From contig JAWOGF010000059.1 in the NCBI GenBank assembly GCA_046497075.1, positions 3,040 through 67,039 on the forward strand: a DNA stretch of 64,000 bases, written 5' to 3'. The position numbers were made by a program, and so were the translations under genes. The notes under the pieces were generated by a model. The model was not told the origin of the DNA. It searched no databases and saw only the letters and a list, made by a program, of their open reading frames with translations. This document shows, one piece after another, positions 29,504 through 38,700 of this stretch. How positions within the stretch are numbered: the first letter of the stretch is position 1; the number at the start of each line of letters is the position of its first letter. The stretch comes from Candidatus Saliniplasma sp. GTDB lineage: Archaea; Thermoplasmatota; Thermoplasmata; Halarchaeoplasmatales; Halarchaeoplasmataceae.

Positions 29504-31426
29504 TTATAAATCTTTTCTCTCACGGAAAAATTCTTGGATCGATGATACGGGTTCTTCGGTTAAGAATAGATCTGGAAGATAACTGTTGAAGTGTACAGCA
29601 CGCTCATCTAAGATGACTGCAGCACCTAGATCATTTTCACTCCGGACCAACCTCCCGGTTGACTGGAGTATCTTCCTGACGGTCGGTGCCTTTATGGTGT
29701 ATTCCCAGCCCTTATTGAACTTCATATCGTAATAATGTCTGAGACCTTTCTGTCTAGCGGTCGGTTTTGGGTAAGGGATCCCTACGATCGCTGCAACTTC
29801 TAATTCATCCCCGGGAAAATCCATACCTTCACTGATCCGACCGCCGATGACCGAGAATAGTACACCACCATCGGATTTGAACTTATCAACGGTTTCCATC
29901 AATTCCGGTTGTGTCATGCCCTGATGTTCTACCGATATATCGTATTCGTCCATGATCGAACCACCTACTTCGTTCATCAACCTGTAGCTTGGAAAGAACA
30001 CTATGGTGTTTCTCTCGATCGTTTCAACAAGGTTCCTAACCTCCTGACGAAGCTTTTGGATCATCTTGTCACTGCGCTGAAGGGCTTCATACTGTGTGGA
30101 AACTCCCTCTTTATAGAATATCTTTTGATTCTCCTCTGGAAAGGGGCTTGGGAATATCTTGATATCGGTATCGTAAGGTAAACCTACTGAATCACGGTAC
30201 TCATCTAAAGGTTCTAGAGTCGCTGATTGATGGACCGATGCATGACAGTGGTTGAGTACTTCTGTCACGTTACTTGGATCGAGACAGAATCCTTCTAGTG
30301 ATGGGTTGTCACCTCCGTTAACCAGCTTGATATACTCTGCTTGATCCAGGGACAACCATACCTTTAAGAACTCTGATAGAGAGTGTATGTATGAACGAGG
30401 GAGTTTCCTTTCTTTCCTTTTCTTTTCCTGGACTATCTCACCATGGACCTTCATATCTTTGATAAGTCCCTTGAACTGGTTGGTGTTGATCCCCATTATG
30501 TTGAGAAGTTCACTTCTTACTTCGTTAGGCGGTATCAAACCATCCTCTTCTATCACGAACTCCTGAACCACGTCTAAAAGTATGTTTTCGAACAATCTAC
30601 AGAACGATGAGATCGTGGTATTTTCGTTCAATTCTGGGTCCCCTATTTCTTGTCCCTCATCGAGTGCACGTTCTAACGATGTGTTGGTGATCTCGATGGA
30701 AGCTAAGTCACGGGCATAATCAGGTAAATTGTGTGCCTCATCGATAACGACTATAAGTTCTGGTAATTCCACGTTCATCCATTCTAACAAATTTCTTCGG
30801 ATGTATGTCAAAAAGAAATAGATATACGGTGCCACTAAAAGGTCGGCTTCTGGAATAAGAGCTTTAGAAAGTTCATATGCACAGAGCTCGTTCCTCTGAC
30901 AGTAATCTAGAAACTCATCGACAGTCGGGATATTTTTCTTAGCCCAAGATCTAACTTCGTTAAGGTCACACTGAAGCATACCGGCGTAGTATGGACACGA
31001 GTAAGATTCACTATCTTCCTGGATAGCTGTTCTTACTTCCTTCTTTCTATCGCTGCAGTATTTAGAAAGCTCCTCGGCAGTACCCTGTTGCAGATCTTCA
31101 TTATCCTGGGCTAAGAGGCACGTGTTGTTCCTACCCTGGATACCGAGTGCGTAGAAATCACCTATCTTCCTGGTTTCGTAGATCACCTGCTTCTGCTGGG
31201 AATTTGTTCTGGTAAGGTAGACAACCTTCTTATCATGCTTCTCAGCATAACTCAATACCGGTGTCAAAGTGCATATAGTCTTACCGGAACCTGTCGCCGC
31301 TTGATATACCGTGGATTTCCCCCTGTTCAGATTTTCTAATATGGTTTCCATGATCTTTTTCTGGTTCTTACGGGGATCATAAGGGAAAATTCCGTTCATA
31401 GGGGAGGACAACTTGTTCTCCATCAA
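29504..31426 (-). CDS. XPD/Rad3-family (DinG-like) 5'-3' DNA helicase with Fe-S domain
   Basis: Walker A is QAATGSGKT. The DEAH box is VIDEAHNL. Four Cys lie in the Fe-S insertion (CLLAQ...C...CPYY). C-terminal helicase motifs are present. Confidence 0.8.
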   Translation of the reverse strand: MMENKLSSPMNGIFPYDPRKNQKKIMETILENLNRGKSTVYQAATGSGKTICTLTPVLSYAEKHDKKVVYLTRTNSQQKQVIYETRKIGDFYALGIQGRNNTCLLAQDNEDLQQGTAEELSKYCSDRKKEVRTAIQEDSESYSCPYYAGMLQCDLNEVRSWAKKNIPTVDEFLDYCQRNELCAYELSKALIPEADLLVAPYIYFFLTYIRRNLLEWMNVELPELIVVIDEAHNLPDYARDLASIEITNTSLERALDEGQEIGDPELNENTTISSFCRLFENILLDVVQEFVIEEDGLIPPNEVRSELLNIMGINTNQFKGLIKDMKVHGEIVQEKKRKERKLPRSYIHSLSEFLKVWLSLDQAEYIKLVNGGDNPSLEGFCLDPSNVTEVLNHCHASVHQSATLEPLDEYRDSVGLPYDTDIKIFPSPFPEENQKIFYKEGVSTQYEALQRSDKMIQKLRQEVRNLVETIERNTIVFFPSYRLMNEVGGSIMDEYDISVEHQGMTQPELMETVDKFKSDGGVLFSVIGGRISEGMDFPGDELEVAAIVGIPYPKPTARQKGLRHYYDMKFNKGWEYTIKAPTVRKILQSTGRLVRSENDLGAAVILDERAVHFNSYLPDLFLTEEPVSSIQEFFRERKDL

Positions 31427-31503
31427 AAGTGCTATGGTAGATTTGGTTTATAAAAGTGTCACACAGGGATGTGTGAAAGTGGATCGAGCAAAATATTTAA
31501 TAA

Positions 31504-31968
31504 TTGATAACCCTAAATTTGTATAGAGCACTTATGGAGAACAGCAGTATCAAAGTCGAAATGGAAAATTTAGAGGGCTATAAGTTCAAAGCTAAATTCG
31601 ATAAAGAAAGCATGGGCGAGATCATAACCGACGAAACCGAAGAGGTGGGTGGTGATGAGGAGGGACCCAATCCCGGGAGGCTGTTAGCCGCTGCGTCCTT
31701 GAACTGTCTCATGGCTAGTTTGATATTCTGCTTAAAGAAAAAGAGAGTTGATTTGAAGTCTTTGAAGGGAGAAATAGAGGGGGCCGTTGAAAGAATAGAT
31801 GGAAGATTAAGGATAACTCATTTAGATGTGCATATATTTCCAGGGATCGGTGAGGATGATAAACAGAAATTAGAGAAATGTGTAGATATCTTCGAGGATT
31901 ACTGTATAGTAACTCAAAGTATCAGGAACGGTATCGATGTGGATGTCGAAATAGAACCAGAGGTGTGA
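31504..31968 (+). CDS. OsmC/Ohr-family protein
   Basis: GPNPGRLLAAASLNCLMASL matches the OsmC fold with its conserved Cys. The length is 154 aa. Confidence 0.7.
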   Translation: MITLNLYRALMENSSIKVEMENLEGYKFKAKFDKESMGEIITDETEEVGGDEEGPNPGRLLAAASLNCLMASLIFCLKKKRVDLKSLKGEIEGAVERIDGRLRITHLDVHIFPGIGEDDKQKLEKCVDIFEDYCIVTQSIRNGIDVDVEIEPEV

Positions 31969-32085
31969 ACCATACCGCAGACTACTCTTTTCGATGAAAG
32001 CAACAATAGTGAAGAACTGACTCAGATTTCCGAAGAGATCTCCAGATGCACTCTCTGTCCCCTTCACGAATCACGTACAAATACA

Positions 32086-32544
32086 GTGCCCGGAGAAGGA
32101 GATGACGATGCAGAGATCATGCTCATAGGGGAGGGGCCGGGTAAGAATGAAGATGAGCAGGGGAGACCTTTCGTTGGACGGGCTGGAAAGTTGTTGACAG
32201 AATTGTTGAGATCCGCCGGTTTATCTCGTGCAGAGGTTTTTATTACAAATGTTGTTAAGTGCCGACCTCCGGAGAATCGTGATCCTCGGAAAAGTGAGAT
32301 CAAAACCTGTAATCCCTATTTAAATCGGCAGATAAAAGTTATCGATCCAAAAGTCATCGGAACTCTAGGTAATCACGCCACTGAAACTCTGGTGGGTGAG
32401 AAAGGTATCTCAAAGATCCACGGAGAGGAGTTCGAATACGAAGGTAAGATCCTCATCCCACTCTACCATCCTGCTGCGGGACTTTACAACCCTAACTTGG
32501 TTTCAGAGATGAAGAAGGATATCAAAAAATTGACTGAGTATTAA
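32086..32544 (+). CDS. udg: Uracil-DNA glycosylase, family 4. The true N-terminus probably lies upstream, at roughly 31990-32020.
   Basis: GEGPGKNEDEQGRPFVGRAGKLL and FITNVVKCRPPENRDP are family-4 UDG motifs. The conserved N-terminal Fe-S ligands (EISRCTLCPLHESRTN) lie in frame upstream of the track's GTG start. No ATG, GTG or TTG precedes them. Confidence 0.7.
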   Translation: MPGEGDDDAEIMLIGEGPGKNEDEQGRPFVGRAGKLLTELLRSAGLSRAEVFITNVVKCRPPENRDPRKSEIKTCNPYLNRQIKVIDPKVIGTLGNHATETLVGEKGISKIHGEEFEYEGKILIPLYHPAAGLYNPNLVSEMKKDIKKLTEY

Positions 32545-32598
32545 GTTTCTTCATCGGTAAATTTTATTTATACCCTCCCCTTAATCGCTTATCCATAA

Positions 32599-32673
32599 GG
32601 GCCCATGGCTTAGGTTGGTTATAGCGTCCGGCTGATAACCGGGAGGTCGAGAGTTCAAATCTCTCTGGGCCCA
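32599..32673 (+). tRNA. tRNA-Ile (anticodon GAU)
   Basis: The cloverleaf was drawn by hand. The acceptor is GGGCCCA/UGGGCCC with discriminator A. The D-arm is GCUU...AGCG. The anticodon stem UCCGG/CCGGG carries loop CUGAUAA. The T-arm is GAGAG-UUCAAAU-CUCUC. Confidence 0.8.
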
Positions 32674-32686
32674 CTTCCAATATTTT

Positions 32687-33514
32687 CTATTGCTCATTTT
32701 CCGGAAGGTAGAGTTCACATGTTTCATACTGAAATCTACTTCCGTTTCCTAAAACATGAACTCCGATCCCACTAACTGACATATTGTCACCGAGTTCTAG
32801 TTCTGGAACATTGCTTTTTGTTAGATGTCTGCCTTCTATAGCAACTACGTTACCGCTCCCGATGACTTCGAATTCCATTTTATCAAAATCCCAAACTGCA
32901 CCAGTTCTTTCACCTAATCCGATACCCAAAAAGGCGGGATTTTCACTTACCACTTGTATCAAACGTGGAAAACGTCCTCTCTCTGCGAAGTGAGTATCTA
33001 TGAATACTTCTTCTATAAACCCCAAACCCTTGATCAGGTCGACTTCACCTTTGTAAAAATGTCGTTTGATGGTCCCCTCGAATATCATGGTCTCAGTAAG
33101 ACATACCGCACCTGCACTCGTTCCACCTACCAGGGCACCCTGATGAAACTTTTCTTTGATCTTCTCAACCATCTCTGTACCTTGTAAAAGGTCAGTTATC
33201 CTGAGCTGATTGCCACCGGTTATAAAGAAGGAATGTGCCCTATCTAAATCTTCGAGAACCTTTTCAGAATTGGCTTCACTTCTACTTTTAGGGTTTAAAA
33301 CAACCGTGTTGGCCCCAATATCATTGAAAAGACGTGAATAAATCTCCCCACTTCTGTCCGGTTCACCGCTTGGTGTAGGTATTATACCGATGGTGGGCTG
33401 TCCGTCAGATATGATCTGGGAGATGTTAAAAAATTCTTTGAACAGTGGTTCAGTGGGTGAGATACTAACATTCCCTCCCATCGTTATTATCTTTCCAACT
33501 CCCATTTGAATCAC
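32687..33514 (-). CDS. Peptidase S51-family protein (cyanophycinase / peptidase E-like)
   Basis: The Ser-nucleophile context is GGTSAGA. FITGGNQ is present. The 275-aa length is typical of cyanophycinase. Confidence 0.6.
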   Translation of the reverse strand: MIQMGVGKIITMGGNVSISPTEPLFKEFFNISQIISDGQPTIGIIPTPSGEPDRSGEIYSRLFNDIGANTVVLNPKSRSEANSEKVLEDLDRAHSFFITGGNQLRITDLLQGTEMVEKIKEKFHQGALVGGTSAGAVCLTETMIFEGTIKRHFYKGEVDLIKGLGFIEEVFIDTHFAERGRFPRLIQVVSENPAFLGIGLGERTGAVWDFDKMEFEVIGSGNVVAIEGRHLTKSNVPELELGDNMSVSGIGVHVLGNGSRFQYETCELYLPENEQ

Positions 33515-33554
33515 TCTACACTCTATACCGATATTTATTAAGCTATAATTAATA

Positions 33555-33890
33555 TTATGGTATTTTATCTTGTATGATGATCACATCTTCAAGGTAGTCC
33601 CTCTTTGTTTTTTCTCCATCGGTCCTTATGAATTTCTCTCCCTCGACTTCGACCAATGATACTTTCTTATCAACCTGGAAGTCGAATTGGTCATCATCCG
33701 GTGAGATCAAGGTTGCGTAGAAACATCCGTCTTCCAACTTCTTCAAAAGGTTATCTCTCTCTTCCGGGTAGGGATAGCCTACAGCATGATCATCCATGTG
33801 TTCATGGGTCCTGACCTTCTCGAAGAGTTGATCTTTTTTATCGTATTTTACAGCGGTTATCAAGTAATCGATCTTATCTATATCCATCAA
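33555..33890 (-). CDS. Hypothetical acidic protein (111 aa)
   Basis: It is translationally coupled directly downstream of the GIY-YIG gene. No recognisable motif was found. Confidence 0.35.
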   Translation of the reverse strand: MMDIDKIDYLITAVKYDKKDQLFEKVRTHEHMDDHAVGYPYPEERDNLLKKLEDGCFYATLISPDDDQFDFQVDKKVSLVEVEGEKFIRTDGEKTKRDYLEDVIIIQDKIP

Positions 33891-34145
33891 TCAAACACAT
33901 CCATTTTTCTTTACGAAGTCCTCTTTCTTGCTTTTACTCCACCTTTTGATCTCAGCTTCTCTTTTTAAAGCCTCACTCATGGTTTCACGTTCTTCTGAGT
34001 GAACGAGTTTTACCGGTGTCCTTCCCCTTACGTATTTACTGCCCCGCCCATCTTCGTGTTCTTCTATCCTTCTTTGGATATCTTTAGTGATACCTGTGTA
34101 AAGGGAATCGTCTTTCAATCTTAAAATGTAAACGTACCACATCAT
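33891..34145 (-). CDS. GIY-YIG nuclease-family protein (UPF0213-like)
   Basis: WYVYILRLKDDSLYTGITKDIQRRIEEH carries the GIY...YIG motif with Arg and Glu catalytic residues. The length is 84 aa. Confidence 0.7.
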   Translation of the reverse strand: MMWYVYILRLKDDSLYTGITKDIQRRIEEHEDGRGSKYVRGRTPVKLVHSEERETMSEALKREAEIKRWSKSKKEDFVKKNGCV

Positions 34146-34148
34146 CGA

Positions 34149-34769
34149 TCACTCTAAGTTTTCAATAGTTGTTTTAACCGCTATCTCAACCGCTTTGACC
34201 GTCAAATCCAAACACATGCTGGGTTTATCTTTATCTAAAGTCTGTTCGGGCATCATGGGTACATGGGTGAATCCAGCCTTGATGTCTAGTTCATACTTGT
34301 TGATGTGATTCAATACACCATACATCAAATGATTGCAAACGAAGGTTCCAGCGGTGTTAGATATATGTGCTGGAATGCCTTCTTCTATTAATCTATCATA
34401 TATTTCTCTAACAGGTAATGTAGAGAAGTAAGCTGTTTCACCTTCTTCATCTATAAGTTCATCTTTCGGCTGCTGCTCATCATTGTCAGGAATCCTTGCA
34501 TCGTTAACATTGATACCAACTCTCTCAACAGATATCTTCTTCCTTTGTGACATACCCAAACTGATAACTGCTTCTGGATGGATCTCTTCGATCTTCTCAA
34601 CAGTTTTTTCTATGGACCGATAATAAACCGTAGGAACATTTAGAGTTTCAATCTTATATCCATGGAATTCCATGCCTTCGATCATCTCTAAAACTCTGCA
34701 GGCAGGATTATCGTCGTTCTTACCATAAGGTTCGAACCCGGTGACTAAGATGTTCTTCATAGTTATCAC
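34149..34769 (-). CDS. pcp: Pyrrolidone-carboxylate peptidase (pyroglutamyl peptidase I)
   Basis: The N-terminus ILVTGFEPYGKNDDNPA is present. The catalytic Cys context (GTFVCNHLMY) and His (FTHVP) are present. Confidence 0.85.
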   Translation of the reverse strand: MITMKNILVTGFEPYGKNDDNPACRVLEMIEGMEFHGYKIETLNVPTVYYRSIEKTVEKIEEIHPEAVISLGMSQRKKISVERVGINVNDARIPDNDEQQPKDELIDEEGETAYFSTLPVREIYDRLIEEGIPAHISNTAGTFVCNHLMYGVLNHINKYELDIKAGFTHVPMMPEQTLDKDKPSMCLDLTVKAVEIAVKTTIENLE

Positions 34770-34830
34770 ATAGATATACTCATTATATATAAAACATGTA
34801 ATTAGTCTTTCCTCGTTTATTGATTCAGAA

Positions 34831-35103
34831 TTAACAAAGTATCCTTCTGATATCTTCTAGTTCTTCTTCTACCCTTTCTAAAACCTCTTCTTCATCCCTG
34901 ATATCGATATCCGGACATTCTTCGGAAAATATTTCAACAAGTTCCTGAGGTTCGTGTTCATCGATGGTGTTCAGTATCTTTCTCTTAAAAAGTAGTGCAG
35001 TAAGTTTGTGCTTTTCAATCAGGTCACAGATAGAACTTTGACCTTCGACCCATCTATCGTAATCTTCCTGATCAAGTTTTCCTAAAAACTTTGAGATATC
35101 CAT
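34831..35103 (-). CDS. Hypothetical small acidic protein
   Basis: ORF only. No motif was recognised. Confidence 0.3.
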   Translation of the reverse strand: MDISKFLGKLDQEDYDRWVEGQSSICDLIEKHKLTALLFKRKILNTIDEHEPQELVEIFSEECPDIDIRDEEEVLERVEEELEDIRRILC

Positions 35104-35176
35104 TTGTCGTGGTTTTACTTTTACAAATACTTAAATCTTATCGAAGATTTTGAGTTCGGTTATAGATTCAACTGAA

Positions 35177-36169
35177 TCAGTATTCTAGATCTTTTCCAGT
35201 GTGGTAGACTCCTTTGCCCTCTTGTACTTCACCAACAACGTTTCCACCGAGCTCTTCAGCGACTTCTTCAGATATCTTCGAACTTACGACCAAGCAAAAT
35301 CCCATGCCCATGTTGAACGTTTGATACATCTCCTCATTGGTGACTTCGCCCTCTTCTTGTAAAAATTCGAATATCGGTTGAGGTTCAAGCGGATCATCTA
35401 TAACGTATCTGAATTCGTCATTCATCCTTTTGACGTTCCTCAAACCTCCTCCAGTGATGTTGGCCATGGCGTTTATATCGTACTTTTTCAGTGCTTTAAT
35501 TATCGGTTTAACATATATCTCAGTGGGAGTTAACAGTTCATAACCGATAACACCGAATCCCATCTCATCGTGATAGTCATATTCACTCTCATCGACTATT
35601 TTCCTAGCTAGTGTGAAACCGTTAGAATGAACTCCCGAACTTGGAAGACCTATTATATGGTCCCCTACCTCGATATCTTTCCCATCGATGATGTCCTCTT
35701 TTTTCACGAAACCGAGGGTCGTACCGGCTATATCGAATCCTTTGATTATATCTCCTAGAGTTGCGGTTTCACCACCGATGATAGTCATGTTGGATAGTTC
35801 CGCACCCTTTTCCAACCCCTTACCGATCTCTTCAGTCAGTACAGGATCCGCTTCTTCCACAGCTAAATAATCCACGAAGGCTATGGGTTCTGCACCCTGA
35901 CAGATAGTATCGTTAACGTTCATGGCGATGCAGTCGATACCTACGGTATCCCACTTCTCCATGATATCAGCAACCAGGAGTTTCGTCCCCACTCCATCGG
36001 TGCATAGTGAGAGAGCGTACTCCCCAAAATCTATCAAGCCAGTAAAGTCACTTTTCAAGGGAGCTCCGATACCCTCTCTAGCAAAAAGAACACTTTTCTT
36101 CAAAGCCGAGATAGCTTCTTCTTCCTTGTCGATATCCACTCCCGCGTCCTTGTAAGATAACCCTTTCAT
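35177..36169 (-). CDS. purM: Phosphoribosylformylglycinamidine cyclo-ligase (AIR synthase, PurM)
   Basis: The N-terminus is SYKDAGVDIDKEE. CTDGVGTKLLVA is present, together with the PurM N- and C-domains. The length is 330 aa. Confidence 0.8.
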   Translation of the reverse strand: MKGLSYKDAGVDIDKEEEAISALKKSVLFAREGIGAPLKSDFTGLIDFGEYALSLCTDGVGTKLLVADIMEKWDTVGIDCIAMNVNDTICQGAEPIAFVDYLAVEEADPVLTEEIGKGLEKGAELSNMTIIGGETATLGDIIKGFDIAGTTLGFVKKEDIIDGKDIEVGDHIIGLPSSGVHSNGFTLARKIVDESEYDYHDEMGFGVIGYELLTPTEIYVKPIIKALKKYDINAMANITGGGLRNVKRMNDEFRYVIDDPLEPQPIFEFLQEEGEVTNEEMYQTFNMGMGFCLVVSSKISEEVAEELGGNVVGEVQEGKGVYHTGKDLEY

Positions 36170-36236
36170 GGTTGCCTATTGTGGAACTTTATTAATTATT
36201 TTTGTAAAGACTTAGATAAGAGTAAATTTAATAGTT

Positions 36237-37547
36237 ATGAGTGTTGTAGAGGAATCAGAATATCGAAGAGTAAAAGGAGTGAGAACATTGTCTTTCAGTA
36301 GTTTTGTCAACAAATTCGAGAAAAGGATCGTTGAAGAAGAAGTATCTTACGAGATGGATGTCACCAAAGAGGCTTTAAAAGATCTAGAAGAACCGGTTTA
36401 TTTCCCCAATTTCCCAGGAGGTGCTCTTATGATAAACCTATGGGGCACTCGTGAAAGGGTTGGGAAGGCTTTGAATGTAGATAGGTCACAAATCGTAGAT
36501 CTGTTGGCTCAAGCAGTTGAAAAACCTGAACCCGTAGAGATATTAGACGATGCACCGATATTGGATAACGTTGTAACGGATTTCGATCTTAGAGATCTTC
36601 CTATCCCAAAATACTACCCCGGAGATGGTGGTAGGTATATCACCTCTGGCGTAGTTTTCTCAGAGTACGATGGGGATAGGAATTTATCGTTCCACAGGAT
36701 GATGCTCACAGGTAAAGATACCTTCACAATCAGACTCGTACCCAGACATCTAAATAAGATGTATGAGAAAGCCAAAGAGAACGGTGAAGAGTTGAAGATC
36801 TCGATCGCCATCGGTCTCTGCCCTTCGATACTTCTAGCCGGCGCTACCTCTGTAGATTATCATGTAGGTGAGTTCGAGATCGCCTCTGCTCTACGTAAAA
36901 AAGGTAGGGGTGAAAGAGTTCAGGCTGTAAAGTTAGAGGATGGAGCACTAGTACCCGCCTACACCGAATACATCTTCCAAGGTCGGATAACACATGAAGA
37001 AGGTGACGAAGGTCCCTTCGTTGATATAACTGGTACCTACGATAAAGTTAGAAAGCAGCCGGTTGTCAAAATAGATACAATTTATCACAAAGACGATCCG
37101 ATCTTCCATGCACTACTACCTGGAGGATATGAACATTTCCTACTCATGGGACTACCAAGGGAGTCCGTCATGAAAAGCGAGGTCGGAAAGATCACTGACG
37201 TCAAGGACGTTCGCTTAACAGAAGGGGGATGCAGTTGGCTGCACGGGATTATATCCGTCAATAAAAGTAGTGATAACGAAGTCAAAGAAGCTATAAAAAA
37301 GGCCTTCGAAGCACATACGTCTATGAAAAAAGTGATAATAGTCGATGACGACATCGATATATTCGATGATCGGGAAGTGGAATGGGCCGTAGCTACTCGA
37401 TTCCAACCGCACAAAGATTTAGTGATCTTAGAAGATCAAAAGGGAAGTTCACTAGATCCGAGTGCCCCTAATTTGACTTCCAAATGGGGTTTAGACGCAA
37501 CAAAACCATGGGATGGAGAAGAGTTCACAAAAGCAAAAGTCGAGTGA
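36237..37547 (+). CDS. UbiD-family decarboxylase
   Basis: GGRYITSGVVFS...NLSFHRMML and the conserved IAIGL...GEFEIASALR region match the UbiD fold. It may be the archaeal mevalonate-pathway anhydromevalonate-phosphate decarboxylase. That is inference. Confidence 0.6.
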   Translation: MSVVEESEYRRVKGVRTLSFSSFVNKFEKRIVEEEVSYEMDVTKEALKDLEEPVYFPNFPGGALMINLWGTRERVGKALNVDRSQIVDLLAQAVEKPEPVEILDDAPILDNVVTDFDLRDLPIPKYYPGDGGRYITSGVVFSEYDGDRNLSFHRMMLTGKDTFTIRLVPRHLNKMYEKAKENGEELKISIAIGLCPSILLAGATSVDYHVGEFEIASALRKKGRGERVQAVKLEDGALVPAYTEYIFQGRITHEEGDEGPFVDITGTYDKVRKQPVVKIDTIYHKDDPIFHALLPGGYEHFLLMGLPRESVMKSEVGKITDVKDVRLTEGGCSWLHGIISVNKSSDNEVKEAIKKAFEAHTSMKKVIIVDDDIDIFDDREVEWAVATRFQPHKDLVILEDQKGSSLDPSAPNLTSKWGLDATKPWDGEEFTKAKVE

Positions 37548-37553
37548 AAGTAA

Positions 37554-38696
37554 ATGAATGAAGTCGTGTACCCCTATAAATTCGATAAAGAGAAACGGAA
37601 AAAAGCAAGGCTTTACTCGAAGCAAAAATTCTACACAGGATTCGTTCAGGGAACTATTTTGACATTAACCACCTTGATCATCCTATATTTCACTGGATTA
37701 AGTGAGATCATGGAAATCCTGGCTTTTAACGTACTTTCATACCTACCTTTGAACAATTATTGGATAGGCGGTGCTATCTTTGTGCTTTTCTTCACAGGTG
37801 TAATCTATCTGATCGGTTTACCTGTATCCTATTACTCCGGTTTTGTTCTAGAACACAGGTATGGACTTAGTAATCAGTCTAAAAAAGATTGGATAAAGGA
37901 TCAAGTCAAGGCATTTTTGATAATGCAGCTGCTAGGCATACCGTTAATTCTAGGCATATTTTACTTAGGTCAGAATTACACTGAACTTTGGTGGTTATAT
38001 GCAGGTATCATTTATTTTGTGATACTCGGTGTACTCTCGAACACGTCTCATTTGATTTTTCTTCCATTATTTTACGAGCTGAGTGAAGTAAAAGATGAAG
38101 AATTGAGTCGCAGATTGACTGAGATCGCCGAGGCAAATGGTGTTGATGAAGTTGAAAAAGTTATGGAGGTCAAAGCGGGCAAGAAAACAGAGAAAGCGAA
38201 CGCGGGGTTCGCTGGCATGGGTAAGACCAAAAGGATTTTTCTGTTCGACACTTTACTTGAAAATTTTCATGAAGAGGAGATAGAAACAGTAGTTGCTCAC
38301 GAGATGGGACACTATGTGAATAAAGATATAGTCCGTTCTATTTTGATACAGGGTTTCATGATATTTCCGATGTTTTATCTAACTGGTATAATCTTTAATA
38401 CTTTTACATCCTTCGAGAATTTTTACGCACTACCATTATTTTTGTTGATAATCTATGGACTTTATAGTCTTGTTGACCCTTTCCTCTTGGCATACAGCAG
38501 ATCGAGAGAAAGAAAAGCTGATGAGTTCGCTTTATCTGTCGTAAGCGATTCTAATGCCGCAGTATCTGCTTTTAAAAGATTGTCAGATATAGATTTAGCA
38601 GAGTTGAATCCCAGTAAAGCTGTTGAACTACTCTTTTATTCTCATCCAACTCCTATCCAACGGATACGAAAAGCTAGGGAGTATGAAAATAGATAA
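37554..38696 (+). CDS. M48-family zinc metalloprotease (HtpX/Ste24-like), membrane-embedded
   Basis: Multiple transmembrane helices are present. The HExxH motif is VVAHEMGHYVNKD. A downstream Glu ligand region is present. Confidence 0.75.
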   Translation: MNEVVYPYKFDKEKRKKARLYSKQKFYTGFVQGTILTLTTLIILYFTGLSEIMEILAFNVLSYLPLNNYWIGGAIFVLFFTGVIYLIGLPVSYYSGFVLEHRYGLSNQSKKDWIKDQVKAFLIMQLLGIPLILGIFYLGQNYTELWWLYAGIIYFVILGVLSNTSHLIFLPLFYELSEVKDEELSRRLTEIAEANGVDEVEKVMEVKAGKKTEKANAGFAGMGKTKRIFLFDTLLENFHEEEIETVVAHEMGHYVNKDIVRSILIQGFMIFPMFYLTGIIFNTFTSFENFYALPLFLLIIYGLYSLVDPFLLAYSRSRERKADEFALSVVSDSNAAVSAFKRLSDIDLAELNPSKAVELLFYSHPTPIQRIRKAREYENR

Positions 38697-38700
38697 GTTG

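Noticed and set aside
31966-31968. Possibility that TGA is recoded genome-wide, which would fuse OsmC to UDG
   Set aside because: TGA terminates other well-supported genes in this window with sensible lengths, for example the HTH-CBS regulator at 866-868. Global recoding is therefore unlikely. Local readthrough remains only a hypothesis.
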